Shown here piece by piece: positions 26,101 to 39,844 of a DNA stretch of 64,000 bases. The stretch's first letter is position 1; each line of letters opens with the position of its first letter. Position numbers and translations under genes: made by a program. The stretch is from Octopus sinensis (Eukaryota): NCBI RefSeq assembly GCF_006345805.1, contig NC_043000.1, positions 8,370,001 through 8,434,000 on the forward strand, in the 5' to 3' direction. The notes beneath the pieces are model-generated. The model saw only the letters and a program-made list of their open reading frames with translations. It made no database searches and was not told the DNA's origin.

Positions 26101-28659
26101 TAAAACCAGTGGAGGCTCTTGAAGAGAAACCTGAGGAGAAACCTGTGGAGGCTCCTGAGGCGAAACCTGTGGAGGCTCCTGAGGTGAAACCTGTGGAGGC
26201 TCCTGAAGTAAAACCTGTGGAGGCTCTTGAAGAGAAATCTGTGGAGGCTCCTGAGGCGAAACCTGTTGAAGCTCTTGAAGAGAAACCTGTGGAGGCTACT
26301 GAGGTAAAACCTGTGGAGGCTCTTGAAGAGAAACCTGAGGAGAAACCTGTGGAGGCTCTTGAAGAGAAACCCGAGGAAAAACCTGTGGAGGCTCCTGAAG
26401 TAAAACCTGTGGAGGCTCTTGAAGAGAAACCTGAGGAGAAACCTGTGGAGGCTCCTGAAGTGAAACCTGTGGAGGCTCCTGAAGTAAAACCTGTGGAGGC
26501 TCTTGAAGAGAAACCTGAGGAGAAACCTGTGGAGGCTCCTGAGGCGAAACCTGTGGAGGCTCCTGAGGTGAAACCTGTGGAGGTTCCTGAAGTAAAACCT
26601 GTGGAGGCTCTTGAAGAGAAATCTGTAGAGGCTCCTGAGGCGAAACCTGTTGAAGCTCTTGAAGAGAAACCTGTGGAGGCTACTGAGGTAAAACCTGTGG
26701 AGGCTCCTGCAAAGAAACCTGTGGAGGCTCCTGAGGAGAAACCTGTGGAGGCTCCTGAAGTAAAACCTGTGGAGGCTCCTGAGGAGAAACCTGAGGAGAA
26801 ACCTGTGGAGGCTCCTGAAGTAAAACCTGTGGAGGCTGCAGAGGAGAAACCTGAGGAGAAACCTGTGGAGGCTCCTGAAGTAAAACCTGTGGAGGCTCCT
26901 GAGGAGAAACCTGAGGAGAAACCTGTGGAGGCTCCTGAGGTGAAACCTGTGGAGGCTGCAGAGGCAAAACCTGTAGAGGTTCCTGAAGAGAAACCTGTGC
27001 TATCTGCTGAGGAGACACTTGTGGAAGCTCGTGGAGAGAAACCTGTGGAGGTTCCTGAAGAGAAACCTATAGAAGCACCTGAGGAAAAACCTGTGGAGTC
27101 TACTGAGAAAGTACCTGTGGAGGCTCCTGCAGAAAAACCTGTGGAAGCTGTTGAAAAGATATCTGTGGAGTCTACAGAGGAGAAATCTGTGGAGGCTCCT
27201 GAGGTTGCATTATCGGGTGTTACTCTTACGGATGGTAGGAAGTTAGTTGAAAAGGAAGAAAGTACAGGGACTGAAATCTGTGGTGAAGCACAAGGCAAAG
27301 ATTCTGACCAGATGGGTCTTTTAACAGCAATTCTTGATGAAGAAAATCAGAATGTACCATCAGTAGATAGCATTAGTGACTCTGTTGTATCAACTGTATG
27401 TGAAATTGGTGTTGCAAAGAAAGTTGAACCAGAGATGCCAAAGGAAAGCCAAGCAACTGAAGTGTCTGATATATCAGAAGTAGATTCATTGAAGTTCAAT
27501 GGTGATCACTCAGAAGTGAAACTGTCTGACAGTGGTCTCGATCATTCTGGTGTTTCCACTGAATTTCAAAATGAAGTGGCAAAATCAAATCTTACTGCTG
27601 TTGAATCTAATAAAGACATTGCTGACCAAATTGGCGATATATCACTTGGAACTGCTGTTAGTGCTAAAGATGAGGTAGAATCTGTGATAAAACCTATTTC
27701 TGTTGAAGAAACTCCTCAGATTGAATTGAAAAGTAATAAGGTGTCCAAAGCTGATTCTGAGAGCCAACCAATTGATACAGTCAATGAAAAGCAAGCATAT
27801 TCAGATATTGAACACTTGCAAAAACTAAATGGTGATTTGTTACCAAAAGATCTTGAAGAGATTGTCAAAGTAACTAAGACTGAAGATGGCAATACTGTCA
27901 ACAAAGTTGAGCTGCTGGTTCAAAAGAAAGCTAAGATTTTGACCTCTGAGCAAATTATCAAAGATAACCAGAAAATGACTAAAACCAAAGACACAAAACT
28001 GAAAAAGTCTAAAAAGAAAGAGTCTAAGAGTAAAAGTCGTGGAGAAATAACTCCTGGAAAAGAAGGAGTTCGATCTAAATCCTCAAAAAGCAGTCCGGAG
28101 AAAGGTGTAAAAAAAGAGAAAAAGGCGTCATCACTTGTCAGTACTCCAAAACAGAAATCAACCTCTTCCTCTAAGCAAAGTTCAAGTTCAATGAAGAAAT
28201 CAAAAGGAAGTAGTAGCCCTACAAAATCCAAGTCTAGTTCTTCGAAAAGCAAGGGCACAAGTAGTACTGAAAAAGTAAAACCAGTACTTAGGTCTGTCTC
28301 TTCACCCCCCAAAGCAAGCAGTAGCCCTATAAAAACAGATAGTATTGATTCTTCAAAAGTATCTGATTCATCCCTGAAGAAAGAAAACAATACTTTGCCT
28401 GCTGAGAAACCACGAGGAAGATCAACAAGTAGGAGCGTCATACTGAAGAGAACTACCAAAACTGAAAAATTAAGACTGGCAATGATAAAAAACACTTTGG
28501 AAGCTAGTCAGAACCAAGTTGGTCCAGCATATTCACATTCTCCAAGTGCCCGCCGAATACGCAGCTGCAGTCCCCAAAAAACCTCTCGAGTGACATCACC
28601 TGATAAAAGGACAGGATCACCTTTGAAGACAAAGTCAACCACTGCCCGTTCAAGAAAAG
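14155..28659 (+). CDS. Giant coding exon (14,505 nt, ~4,835 aa): acidic low-complexity projection-like domain, PEVK-like repeat array, basic Ser/Lys-rich tail; probably part of the downstream Tau/MAP2-family gene
   Basis: ORFs 14025-23213, 23102-25357 and 25689-28664 join into one reading frame broken only by 7 small indels in the repeat array; first and last ORFs share a frame. Acceptor ccatcctctttcag|AT at 14154/14155 (phase 1); donor AAAG|gttgaa at 28659/28660 (phase 1). The link to the Tau exons is inferred from strand, phase match and MAP2-like charge order. Confidence 0.8.
16119..20732 (+). repeat. Three dispersed copies of a protein module DSQDI..IP..T(Y/F)L.KRLSLVEF..E.P......R.GS (16119-16385, 17010-17132, 20472-20732), interspersed with degenerate IKEEVKPxETAP repeats
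   Basis: Visible in the translation of ORF 14025-23213. Confidence 0.9.
20868..27203 (+). repeat. Coding tandem array of 24-nt units (with 12-nt gagaaacctgag/EKPE inserts) encoding (E/A/V)KPVEA(P/L)E, ~6.3 kb, roughly 260 unit-lengths
   Basis: Consensus gag aaa cct gtg gag gct cct/ctt gaa is seen directly throughout; higher-order duplications of several hundred bp are present. Confidence 0.97.
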
Positions 28660-30097
28660 GTTGAACTATCTGTATCAGCTTAATAGTCTTCCCTTGCAGC
28701 AAGCAATTGTGTATGCCTGGGTGTGTTAGCATTTTGTCTCCGTTCCGCTATTATTTTGCAGCTTGCATTGGACAAACCATATGTATAACCAGTTGTTTCA
28801 TAGCAGATGTAGCAATATACAGTGATATTGGTATTGATATACAGTGATATTACATTAAACCATAGAATTTGTATTGATTAAATGACTTTTTCATGGATGA
28901 ACTTAGTTGCCACAGTGATACCACTATTTGCTTTTAAGAATTTTTAATAATTATTGCTTAAAATATTGATTCTGGTTATTTAATTGCTTCTAGGATAAAT
29001 GCTATTTAAGTGGTATCACTGTTTTATTTATGGGTGTATAAAAAAATGTGCGTATATAATTGCATACTTATGTATATGTATGCATGTAACTTAGTGTTTT
29101 TTTTTCATGTACATGCATATATCAATATATGTACATTTTCAAATATGTATATATATGTGTGTATATTTTTGTGTGTGCAAGTGTGTGCAAGTAATGTGTG
29201 CCTGCATTTCTACAAGAGTTATTACCAACTTTTAAGTATGTTTCATTGGTGTGTGTAGAGTTGTGAACTCTATACACACATATCAGAATGTGTGAAAACG
29301 AATCTTCAAAATTATTTAAATATAAACACATATACATATAAATACATTTTGTACATACGCTCATTGTTAATTCATATAATATATATATAAACATATATAT
29401 ATTAGCTTTCTTAGCTTGCATGAAATTTTGTTTAAATTGTAAATTTACTAACTGCTTTCTAAGACTTTACATATGGTCAAATTTGTTGGTTGATTTTTTT
29501 TTTTTCTTTTATTGTATCAAAATGTTGTTGGTTCATTGTCACTGTATGTTGCTACTAATGTTCTGCTTGTTTTTTTTTTTAACCCGTTTAACCTTTCACC
29601 TTTCTGCATGATTATTATTATTCAAAGCCACAATTTGGGCATGTTGCAGTTGCAGATTTAGAACTTATTTGACAAGATATTGTAATCCCAACATTATTAT
29701 CTCCACCTCAGTTGCTGGCAGCTCAACATATAAAATTCACAAGCCAAAAAACCCACTTAATTTGTATTTTGATCTTAATTGCAGTCATTGTTAATTATTC
29801 ATTTCTCACATTACTCTGTACGTGCATGTGTATTTTCATGCATACATATACACATGCACATCTTTGCATAAACTTTTTTTTTTGTGTTTATATATACTCA
29901 TACTAAGACATTATTTGTGTATATAATTGTTTATTAAGCAAGCAAATGTGAATTGCCACGGTGTACATTTTGAATGCAATTTCAAATAATTTTGTTCACT
30001 TAAACAAGTTGTGTGAGACGTTGAACATCCTTGAAAGTCAAGAACTGCTGTCAACTGTAACCACTTTTCCAGAATGTAACTCTTCAAAATTGTTTAA

Positions 30098-30322
30098 CCC
30101 TTTTGTTACCATATTACTGTCAAAATATACTGTCTTTGCTGAAGTTAATTTTGAAAATAATACAATAACAGAATTTTGTAAAATTACTTTGTCATTATTA
30201 TGCTGATGTTTGCAACATAAACTGACATGAAAATTTCATGGAAAGTTTTTAATTTATCACATCAAAAGCATTAAGTTTTTATCAGGCAAAGTGCGGTCCC
30301 TGGCAGGTTGGTAACAAAAGGG
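30098..30322. mobile_element. piggyBac-type MITE; related degenerate copy at ~2275-2485
   Basis: TTAA-CCCTTTTGTTACCA ... TGGTAACAAAAGGG-TTAC (perfect 14-bp TIR). Confidence 0.75.
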
Positions 30323-31625
30323 TTACAAAGAGAAAAGTTTATATCTAATTTTCATTTTCTATCTTGTATATTGAAGTAGATGCATATTCATTCACATATA
30401 GACTCATTGGAATAAAAAAAATTAATTGTCTTGATTTAAGAAAAAAAGCATCCCCCCCCCCAAAAAAAAAACCCAACAAAACCTCCAAAAGTGGGGTGAA
30501 TGAGATCATTAGCTAGATATCTTAGTTGATTATTATTTTGTAGTAAGTTACTGATACCAATTGATTGGTATTGTACATGGAGCATTTTGGAGAAATCAGA
30601 TAGAAGCCTAAACATGCTATCTAATAAAATATTGTGGATGGCCTTTGATTGGGTATAGTACTTTTTCTTTTTTAATTGCTTGCTCTGCATTCTAGGTCAC
30701 CATTCATTAGCATGTAATTTTGTTCCTCTTCAGTAGTGACTGATGTAATTCCATGCAGTTAGCAGACGATCTCTTGCTGACATCAAAGCAATGCTTTTTT
30801 GTTTTATATTTTTTTTTATCACAAAATCAAAAGTTTCATGTTGATCTTCATTACGATTATTATGATGATCATCATCATTATGATCTTTATGATCAGCATG
30901 ATTATTGACTATTATCAGCATCACCATCACATCGTCGTCATCATCATCATGACTATTACCATCATTGTCAATATTGCTGTCATCATCATCATCATCATCA
31001 TCACCATCATCATCATCTTATCATCAATGCCACAAATCCACCTAAATTTCAATGCACAAAGTTATATTTTTCTATATTTTTGTCCTGTTATTCTTAGTAG
31101 TTATTCACCTTAGTTTATCAAAAATTTCTCTCGGAAAAGTAAAAAATAGCATTTGCTTTCCCCAGCAAACTAAGTAGTGTTTGCTTATTTTATATGTATT
31201 TCTAAAAGAGAAGTGTCCATGTACATGTGTGTGTGTACGTATGCATACAATCACATATGTATGTGTCCTCAATCAAGTTGTACTGTATATCATGCTGCAT
31301 GAAGGCTTTTGTAGACTCATGCATTGAAAGGCAGTCATTTGTAACCTCTAGTAATTTCTCTTTTTTTTTTAACTGTTTCAGAGTTTCTGTTGATCTAGGT
31401 GTCATTAGTTTATGCCCTTGAGTAAACCATTTTTGCACCTTGTGATCTTGCTAAGTGGCATGGGAATATTTTTTGAATTATAGAAAAGAGCACACAGTAT
31501 GATATAGAATTCCATTTTATATAATATTAAGTGCTACAGGGGATATGAAAATTCCTGAATAAAGTGGATAGAGATTCTAACTGTTTGTTTTAGACAACTT
31601 GTAAGATCCTCCTCCTCTCTCTCTG

Positions 31626-31661
<36 letters not shown>

Positions 31662-31890
31662 ATATATATGTATTATATATATATATATATATGTATGTAT
31701 ATGTATGTATATATATATATATGTATGTATATATGTATGTATGTATATATATATTATATATATATATATATGAATATATATGTATATGTATATATATGTA
31801 TATATATATGTATATATGTATGTATATATATATATATATATATGTATGTATATATGTATGTATATATATATATGTATGTATATATATATG

Positions 31891-31923
<33 letters not shown>

Positions 31924-32023
31924 GAATATATATGTATATGTATATATATGTATATATATATGTATATATATGTGTATATATATATATGTATATATATATG
32001 TATATATATATATGTATATATAC

Positions 32024-32056
<33 letters not shown>

Positions 32057-32067
32057 CATATATATAC

Positions 32068-33790
32068 ATACTTTGATACTTTGATAGGTTTCGGCCATTA
32101 TTGGCCCAGGCCATGTCTAACTTAATAGCACTACCTGGTGAAGTCTTTCAAGTCAGAATTTGGGCACTATGGCCCACTCAAGTAGAGAGTTATTGTTTAC
32201 AGAGACATATCCGGGTGTAGGGGGTTTATCCAGGATTTCTTGAAGGAATCTGTCCAAAGACTTCTTGAACCCTATAGGGTCAGTTTCTGTTTTAATGTGT
32301 TTTGGTGTAATGTTAAAGAGAGCGGGGCCAATTGAGGTGAAATAATTGTGCCATATTGTTGTTATGAGATGAGAGTGCGATTTTTGTTTTGGGCGGATGG
32401 CACGGGGCCCAAGCCTTGGATGTACCTTAAAGGTGATGCCAACATCATTTGGGCAATGCTGATGGAATATTTTCCACATCATGCAGATGATGTAGCGCTC
32501 ACAACGACGTTGGAGAGAATAAAGTTTTAGCTTTTCTAGTCGACCCCAATAGTCGAGGCCTGTCATGCCATCTATCTTTCTTGTGATTGCCCTTTGAGGT
32601 GCTTCAACTTTTATGATACTTTGTATTGTGTGAGAAGACCACAGTGGACAACAGTATTCAAGGTGGGGTCGGGCAAAAGTGGAAAAGAGAAGGATAATGG
32701 TGTGGATATCTCTCAACTGGAAAGTTCTGAGAATCCAGGAACACATTCTGCGGGCCATGTCAACTTTGGTGTTTATATGAGTGGCCCAGCTTATGTTGTT
32801 GTCCACAATTACTCCCAAGTCTCTGATGTTGTTGGACGCCGCGAGAGTTTCACCTGCCCATTGGATAACAGCCAGTAGATCTGACCGAAGGCATGTCCGG
32901 TCACTCGCCTCATTTATGACCTTCTGTAGCTTGGAATCATCTGCAAAGATTTTTATGTTGCTGTGCTTGATGATGTCATTGATGTCATTAATGTAGATGA
33001 TGAAAAGAAGTGGGCCCAGCACAGTGCCTTGCGGAACGCCACTACTGACTTTGGCTGGGCTTGATTTTACCCCTTCAACTACAACATGTTGAGATCTGTC
33101 TGTCAGGAAACACTTGATCCATTTCAGTAACTTTCCAGAGACACCAATGTTGGATAGTTTTTTCAATAGGATCTTGTGATCGACCCTGTCGAAGGCCTTA
33201 CTGAAATCAAGGTAGATGACATTGGTGTTGGAGCCCTCTCCCAAAGCTCTCAAAATGTCATCAAAGTGATGCAGGAGCTGCGTTAGGCAGTCCCTTCCAT
33301 TACGGAACCCATGTTGGTTAGAGATCAGCCGTCTGTTGCTTTCCAGAAATTGGGTTATTCGAGATCTCACCACCCTCTCAAATACCTTGATGATATGAGA
33401 GGTGAGTGAGATCGGACGGTAGTTCACTGCAAGGGACTTGTTTCCCTTTTTGAAAACTGGGACAACAGACTGGGACAGAAGGTTTTTTGGAATATAGCCA
33501 GCATCCAGTGAGTTTCTCCACAGATTAGCAAGGGGAGATGCAAGTTGGTGTCGACACACCTTCAGGACACAAGCAGGGAACCTATCGGGGCCTACTGCTG
33601 AATTGTGTTTTATTTCATTTATTGCCGCTAAGACATCAGGGGCGCTAAACGTTATGTCCGATATAGCGTGTTGGGGGTTGACATCACTGATACAGCCCAG
33701 ATCGGCCATATCAGGATTGCTGAAAACAGAGCAGTATTGTTTCTGCAGTATCTTGGCCATGGATTTGGCATTATCTTGGCAAATGAAAGA
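32068..33790 (-). mobile_element. 5'-truncated non-LTR retrotransposon (CR1/L2-group-like LINE) with reverse transcriptase ORF 32153-33760
   Basis: RT motifs NYRPISLTS, QHGFR, YLDFSKAFDRVDH, GVPQGTVLGPLLF, FADD, RDLGV, HLEYC; probable internal deletion after VIQWA; 3' UTR with short tandem tail (TATCAAAG); flanked by TA microsatellites. Confidence 0.93.
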
Positions 33791-34006
33791 CAGAAGTTGG
33801 AATATATATATATATATTTACATATGTATACATATATATATATTCATATGTATGCATGTATGTGTCTATATCTATCTATCTATATCTATATATATATATA
33901 TATATTCATGTATATTCATGTATATATATATATATATATATATACTTACACATACACACATGAGTATTTGTGTGTGTGTATGTATATGTGTGTGTGTGTG
34001 TGTGTG

Positions 34007-34039
<33 letters not shown>

Positions 34040-34040
<1 letters not shown>

Positions 34041-34590
34041 CTGGTTGCAGTGAATAAACTGTCGTCTAAATTATAAAAAATAACACTGACATCTCATTTT
34101 AACAAATATATTTACCAAAATTGCATAAAAGGAGCAAATTTATTCAATAAAATCGCCATTGGCTTCAACCACCGCCTCCAGACGAAATTAGAATCTCTTG
34201 CAACTCTCCTCGACAGTCTCCTTGTTTAAGTTGGTGAAGTTAGTGAATGCTGAGATAATCCTTGCGTTCAGTTCATCTTTGGTATTCAAGGAGTTTTGTT
34301 GGTCTCTCACTCAACTGTGCCCTACACATAATAATCAAAGGGGTTGCAGTTTAGGGAGTTAGATGGCCAGATGTTAGGGGTGATGTGGTCACATAAATTG
34401 TCTGATGACTATGATTGGGTTCTTCTGCTTGTGTGGCATGGTGCAGAGTCTTGTTGCCAGACATAGGGTCTCCCAGCAGCCACTCTCTTGACCCAGGGCA
34501 ACACTACCTCCCCCGGACACTTGATGTAGGCCGTGTGGGAAGATGAATGTAGGTGATCACTCCAAACACCATGATGTTGACTCTCGATAC
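34040..34590 (-). mobile_element. Tc1/mariner-superfamily transposase remnant (C-terminal catalytic part)
   Basis: Minus-strand VLPWVKRVAAGRPYVWQQDSAPCHTS, then degenerate NIWPSNS..CNPFDYYV and RLEAVVEANGDFIE-stop; frameshifted. Confidence 0.8.
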
Positions 34591-35127
34591 ATGTCCTACA
34601 AGAGTAGCCCCCATAATCTTTTTCAGAGCCCCAATAACTGATGGAAACAAGGGGAGAAGTTATTCTCAGGTTGTGGACCTGGCCAGAATGTTTGCAACAG
34701 ATACCCAAGAGCCAAAAATCTAGGTGATGGATTATTAGGTCCAGACCCAATAACAAGAATAATGGGCCTGCCAGTAGACTTCCTCACAATTTCTATCTGC
34801 CAAATGTTACTCATAAATTGTGAGTTGATGTCAGGCTATGATAAAAGACATTTTCTGATAGTGCTAAGTTATATAATTGGAGTAGACCTATATCACTTGT
34901 ATAGATCTGTTTGTGTCTGTGGTTTATAGAGTTTGAGTAGATTAAGTTTTCCTTTAGTTAGGATTTTAGTGCCAGAACAGCTGGTACTTCTGGCAGCTAA
35001 ATTAATTGAGATATTTAGAATTAAGTATATAGCTAAAATATACTGTGAAGTACATCAACTAATGAATTGGTAGTCCAATACTTTATCTACTTGGTGTTTT
35101 CACTTCTATATCATATACCATTGATAT

Positions 35128-35445
35128 CATTCGTTTTCGTCACCCTTTTCAAACCTAGCCAGGCTCATGGGCCCGGTTTCCCGGTTTCTGTGGCGTATGT
35201 GTTCCCCCCCAGCTGGACAGGACGCCAGTTCATCGCAGCGTTACTCAAGAAACAGGAAGAGAGAGTGAGGGCAAGTTATGGTGAAAGAGTACAACAGGGG
35301 TTGCCACTACCTCCTGCTGGAGCCTCGTGGAGCTTTTATGTGTTTTCACTCAATAAACATACACAATGCCCGGTCTGGGAATCGAGACCACGATCCACTG
35401 ACCATGAGTTTGCTGCCCTAACCACTGGGCCATTGCGCTGCCACA
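35128..35445 (-). mobile_element. tRNA-derived SINE (distinct family)
   Basis: Minus strand carries A-box-like TGGCCCAGTGG and B-box-like GGTCTCGATTCC in a GC-rich island. Confidence 0.6.
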
Positions 35446-37369
35446 CCATTGATATCATAGAGTAGTTAATTTTTTTTTATTTCAATTTTTTAGTTTAGCT
35501 CATCATTAATCTTTAGCTGGTTCACAAGTTTCTAAAACCTGTAAAAAAGACTGCATGAATATAGAATTCAGGTTTACTGGGAAGGCCAATTATTCTCATG
35601 CATCTTTGTTTCTAAACAAGCTCTTGTAAGATAGATAGGTATTTTGGGGTTTCATCCCTTTTTTAAAAGCAAATAATACAATTACCACCAGCAAATGAAA
35701 TTGGTTTGCCTGTAATATTTGGATGATGAAATTCTTGTTTGATTCCCAGTGCCTTGAATTTTGTGTAAGTTGCTCACAATGCCATGCGCATGGCACTCTG
35801 TTACTATCACCTTCCTCTTTAACTTCTCATTTCAAAATAAGAAGTACATATGCAGAAAATATTTATTACCTTATGAACACTCATTGCAACTAATTAAAAC
35901 CAAAGTCAAAAATCTCCACTAGACTGTATTTCTTATTTCATGTGCTTTTTTAAAATGTTTCTCTTAAGATTTTTCTATTTCAGTATCATTTAAAAAAATT
36001 TTTTGCAGCAATTAGAAGTTTGCACAATTAAGGTTGATGGATGTCTGTCAATCTGTCAATTAAATTTCATGTGGTATCTGGTTTGGGTCCAATTTGAGGT
36101 GCCTTTAATGAGCAATGCCCCAAGTTGGTGACTTCAAAACAGAAGCCTTATCTTGTCTGTGAATCAATTTTTTGTAGGGTTTTTTTTTTCCTTATGTTTA
36201 TGATTTTGGTCCCACACTCAAAATCTTATCTTTTATTTGACTAAAATTAAACTTAAGGAGCACTACCAGTCAGTAGTGTCAAATATCTTTTTCTGTATAT
36301 CAGTACATACACACATTTGTGGTGCTTAACAAACCTGCATGAATATAATATATTTATGTATGTAGAAGCACCACAAGTGTATGTGTGTACATACGTACAC
36401 ACGTGCACGCACACAAACACACACACATGTATATAGTATCTTATATAAAACTCCTGGTTCTCTGTAGATTTATTAATTTATGAACATATGATGTAACCAT
36501 TTGAGTTAGTTTGAGACCTGAAATAAGCTACTAAGAGGTGGAGGGTTAAGAATTGATGCATTGGTGCTAGTTCATGACTGATTTGTCTTCACTTTCTTAA
36601 GTGTTTTACAAGAACTGCTAGCTAGCCCTAGCACTAAATGGTTGACTATCTCACTACCTCTACCTTTAGTCATCAACAAATTACACAAGATTTATAGAAA
36701 CATGCTACGTGATCCTAAAGTGTAATAAGTTATTTACCATATGTCTTGTATGAAATAACTTTTGTATTCAATTCTGTTTTAATTCTGTCTTATAGGCAAG
36801 AGCCATAGCACGGAAATCCTTAAATATTTCATGGAGAACTTTAAAATAAATTGGATTCAGTTTCGTCCAAATCAATTTGTGGTCTGGACATGTGGTTGGC
36901 CGCATGCATGTTTCTATGTACTTGTATTAACTATTTGCAACTTAGCTTTGCATTGCTCAAAAGTTCATAGGCATAAAGCATTTTTTGTGAAACTGAGTAA
37001 TGCTGATATAAGTCAAATGCAATTAATAAGAAAACTTAACCTCCATCACATATGTTCAGTACTCTTTCCTTTATTTTATACATCTGTGCATGTGTGTGTA
37101 GGGTGAAGATGCTTGGTTTAGTGGTTAGTGTGTTGTGTCCTTGAGCAAGGCACTTTATTTCACATCGCTCCAGTTTACTCAGCTGGCAAAAATGTGTCAT
37201 ATCTCTCTTTCAAAGGAACAGCCTTGTCATCATATGTGTGTTTCTGAACTTCCCTGAGTTTTATTCATGTCTGTGGAGTGCTCAGCCACTTGCATATTAA
37301 TTTCATGAGCAAGCTGTTCTGTTGATTGGATCAACTGGAACCCTCATCATTATAACCAACAAATTTGCA

Positions 37370-37672
37370 TATTAATATATATGTAAATATATATGTAAAT
37401 ATATATATATATATATATCTATATATATATATTTATATATTATATATATATATTATATATATATATATATTATTTATATATATATATATATATGTTTATA
37501 TATATATATATATATATATATGTTTATATATATATATTTATATATATGTTTATATATATATGTTTAATATATATATATATTTATATATATGTTATATATA
37601 TATATGTTTATATATATATATATATACATATATATATACATTTATATATATGTTTATATTTATATATATGTT

Positions 37673-37703
<31 letters not shown>

Positions 37704-38073
37704 AACATATATATAATATATATATATATATAATATATATTTATATGTTTATATATATAATATATATATATATATTTATATATATATATATATATATATT
37801 TATAAATATGTTTATATTTATATATATGTTTAATATATATATATATATATATATGTTTATATATATATATATTTATGAATATGTTTATATTTATATATAT
37901 ATATATATGTTTATATATATATATATATATATGTTTATATATATATATTTATATATATGTTTATATATATATGTTTATATATATATATATGTTATATATA
38001 TATATATGTTTATATATATATATATATACATATATATATACATTTATATATATGTTTATATTATATATATGTT

Positions 38074-38106
<33 letters not shown>

Positions 38107-38109
38107 AAC

Positions 38110-38150
<41 letters not shown>

Positions 38151-38163
38151 GTTTATATATATA

Positions 38164-38195
<32 letters not shown>

Positions 38196-38586
38196 ATATA
38201 TATTTATAAATATGTTTATATTTATATATATGTTTATATATATATATTTATATATATGTTTATATATATATATATTTATAAATATGTTTATATTTATATA
38301 TATATTTATATTTATATATATGTTTATATATATATATATATATTTATATATATTTATATATATATATATTTTATATATGTTTATATATATATATATTTAT
38401 ATATATGTGTTATATATATATATATATTATATATATGTTTATATATATATATATTTATATATATTTATATATAATATATATTTATATATATGTTTATATA
38501 TATATTATATTTATATATATGTTTATATATATATATGTTTATATGTTTACATATATATATTTATATATTAATATATAAATAATTTT

Positions 38587-38620
<34 letters not shown>
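37370..38620. repeat. ~1.25 kb (TA)n-derived low-complexity tract; similar tracts at ~540-815, 5210-5327, 6120-6345, 9490-9870, 10215-10780, 31625-32068, 41503-42165, 47995-48175
   Basis: Seen directly; source of the YIYI/ICIC pseudo-ORFs. Confidence 0.95.
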
Positions 38621-38624
<4 letters not shown>

Positions 38625-38689
38625 TCTATTTGTCTGCATTTATACATAAGATATTTTCTTGTAATAAAAGGCAAGTGGACAATTAAGAT

Positions 38690-39040
38690 CATCATCATCA
38701 TCATCATCATCGTGTAATGTCCGTTCTCCATGCTAGCATGGGTTGGACGGTTCGACTGGGGATCTGGGAAGCCAGAAGGCTGCACCAGGCTCCGGTCTTA
38801 TCTGGCAATGTTTCTACAGCTGGATGCCCTTCCTAACGCCAACCACTCCGTGAGTGTAGTGGGTGCTTTTTACGTGCCACCTGCACTGGTGCCAGGCGAG
38901 GCTGGCATCGGCCACGGTCAGATTGGAGCATTTTACGTGCCACCTGCATGGAAGCCAGTCAAGGCGGCACTGGCTTCGGCCACGATTCGGATGGTGCTTT
39001 TTACGTGGCACCGACACGGAAGCCAGTCGAGGCGGCGCTA
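38690..39040 (-). mobile_element. Retroposon family C with (GAT)n tail (RTE-like 3' end); other copies ~340-537 (+), 61763-62060 (-), 62943-63150 (-), ~63430-63760 (+)
   Basis: Shared gaagggcatccagctgtagaaa...ccaacccatgctagcatgga...gttaaa(c)gatgatgat 3' end. Confidence 0.7.
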
Positions 39041-39782
39041 TATATATATATTAATTGCTTGTGAATGCTGTTTGATGAGAAATATTTTAGATTTTGATGA
39101 GAGCAGTTTTCTTCATTTTTATTCTTTGAATACAACACAAAACTATAATTTCTGTGGTTGATTTGATGTTCAGATTCATATATTGGTATTATTTCTTACT
39201 TTTATATGCATTGAATTATGTAATCTATGGCTTGATGTAGCAACACGATACATATTTGTGTACATATCTGTATGTGTGTACACACATATATATATATACA
39301 CACACACGTATGTATATATGCACACACATATACATATATACATGCATTCATACATATGCAGGCACACGCATAAAGTACTATCATTATCTAAAACTCATTA
39401 TGAGAACTTTTACTGCTGTCACTGAGAAAATTCACTTATGTGTAAATTAGTGTGATTTAATGTATATAGATATGTATATACAGTGAAAATTGCCTATAAT
39501 ACATGTTCAAATATCAAATATGATGTGTTATTATTATCACTACCATGATTGATATCTCCTTATCATCATTCACAACTTCATTTTTCCTGTTTTTATTTCA
39601 TGTATACTGTATAAACCATTCCTCATTTAAGTAGAATCAGTTACTTGTAGACACTGTTACAGAATACTTATAATCACTGACTTAGGAAGTATATATATAA
39701 TCAACTGCACATTGAGCATGTGTGGTCGATAATGTTTACAACACTTCTACTGCTTTTAATTTGTAATTATATAAAGAAATTA

Positions 39783-39844
<62 letters not shown>

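Noticed and set aside
20868-27203. CRISPR-like or satellite interpretation of the array
   Set aside because: No unique spacers; variation respects codons and the array is continuous with flanking coding sequence.
20855-27298. 2147-aa minus-strand ORF and other antisense/alternate-frame ORFs (QEPPQVS, LRSLHRF, RNLWRLL repeats)
   Set aside because: Shadow frames of the 24-nt array, which lacks stops in several frames; no independent coding signal.
36796-37106. Acceptor-like tctgtcttatag followed by an open frame (GKSHSTEILKYFMENFK...)
   Set aside because: No convincing donor or recognisable peptide; not supportable without RNA data.
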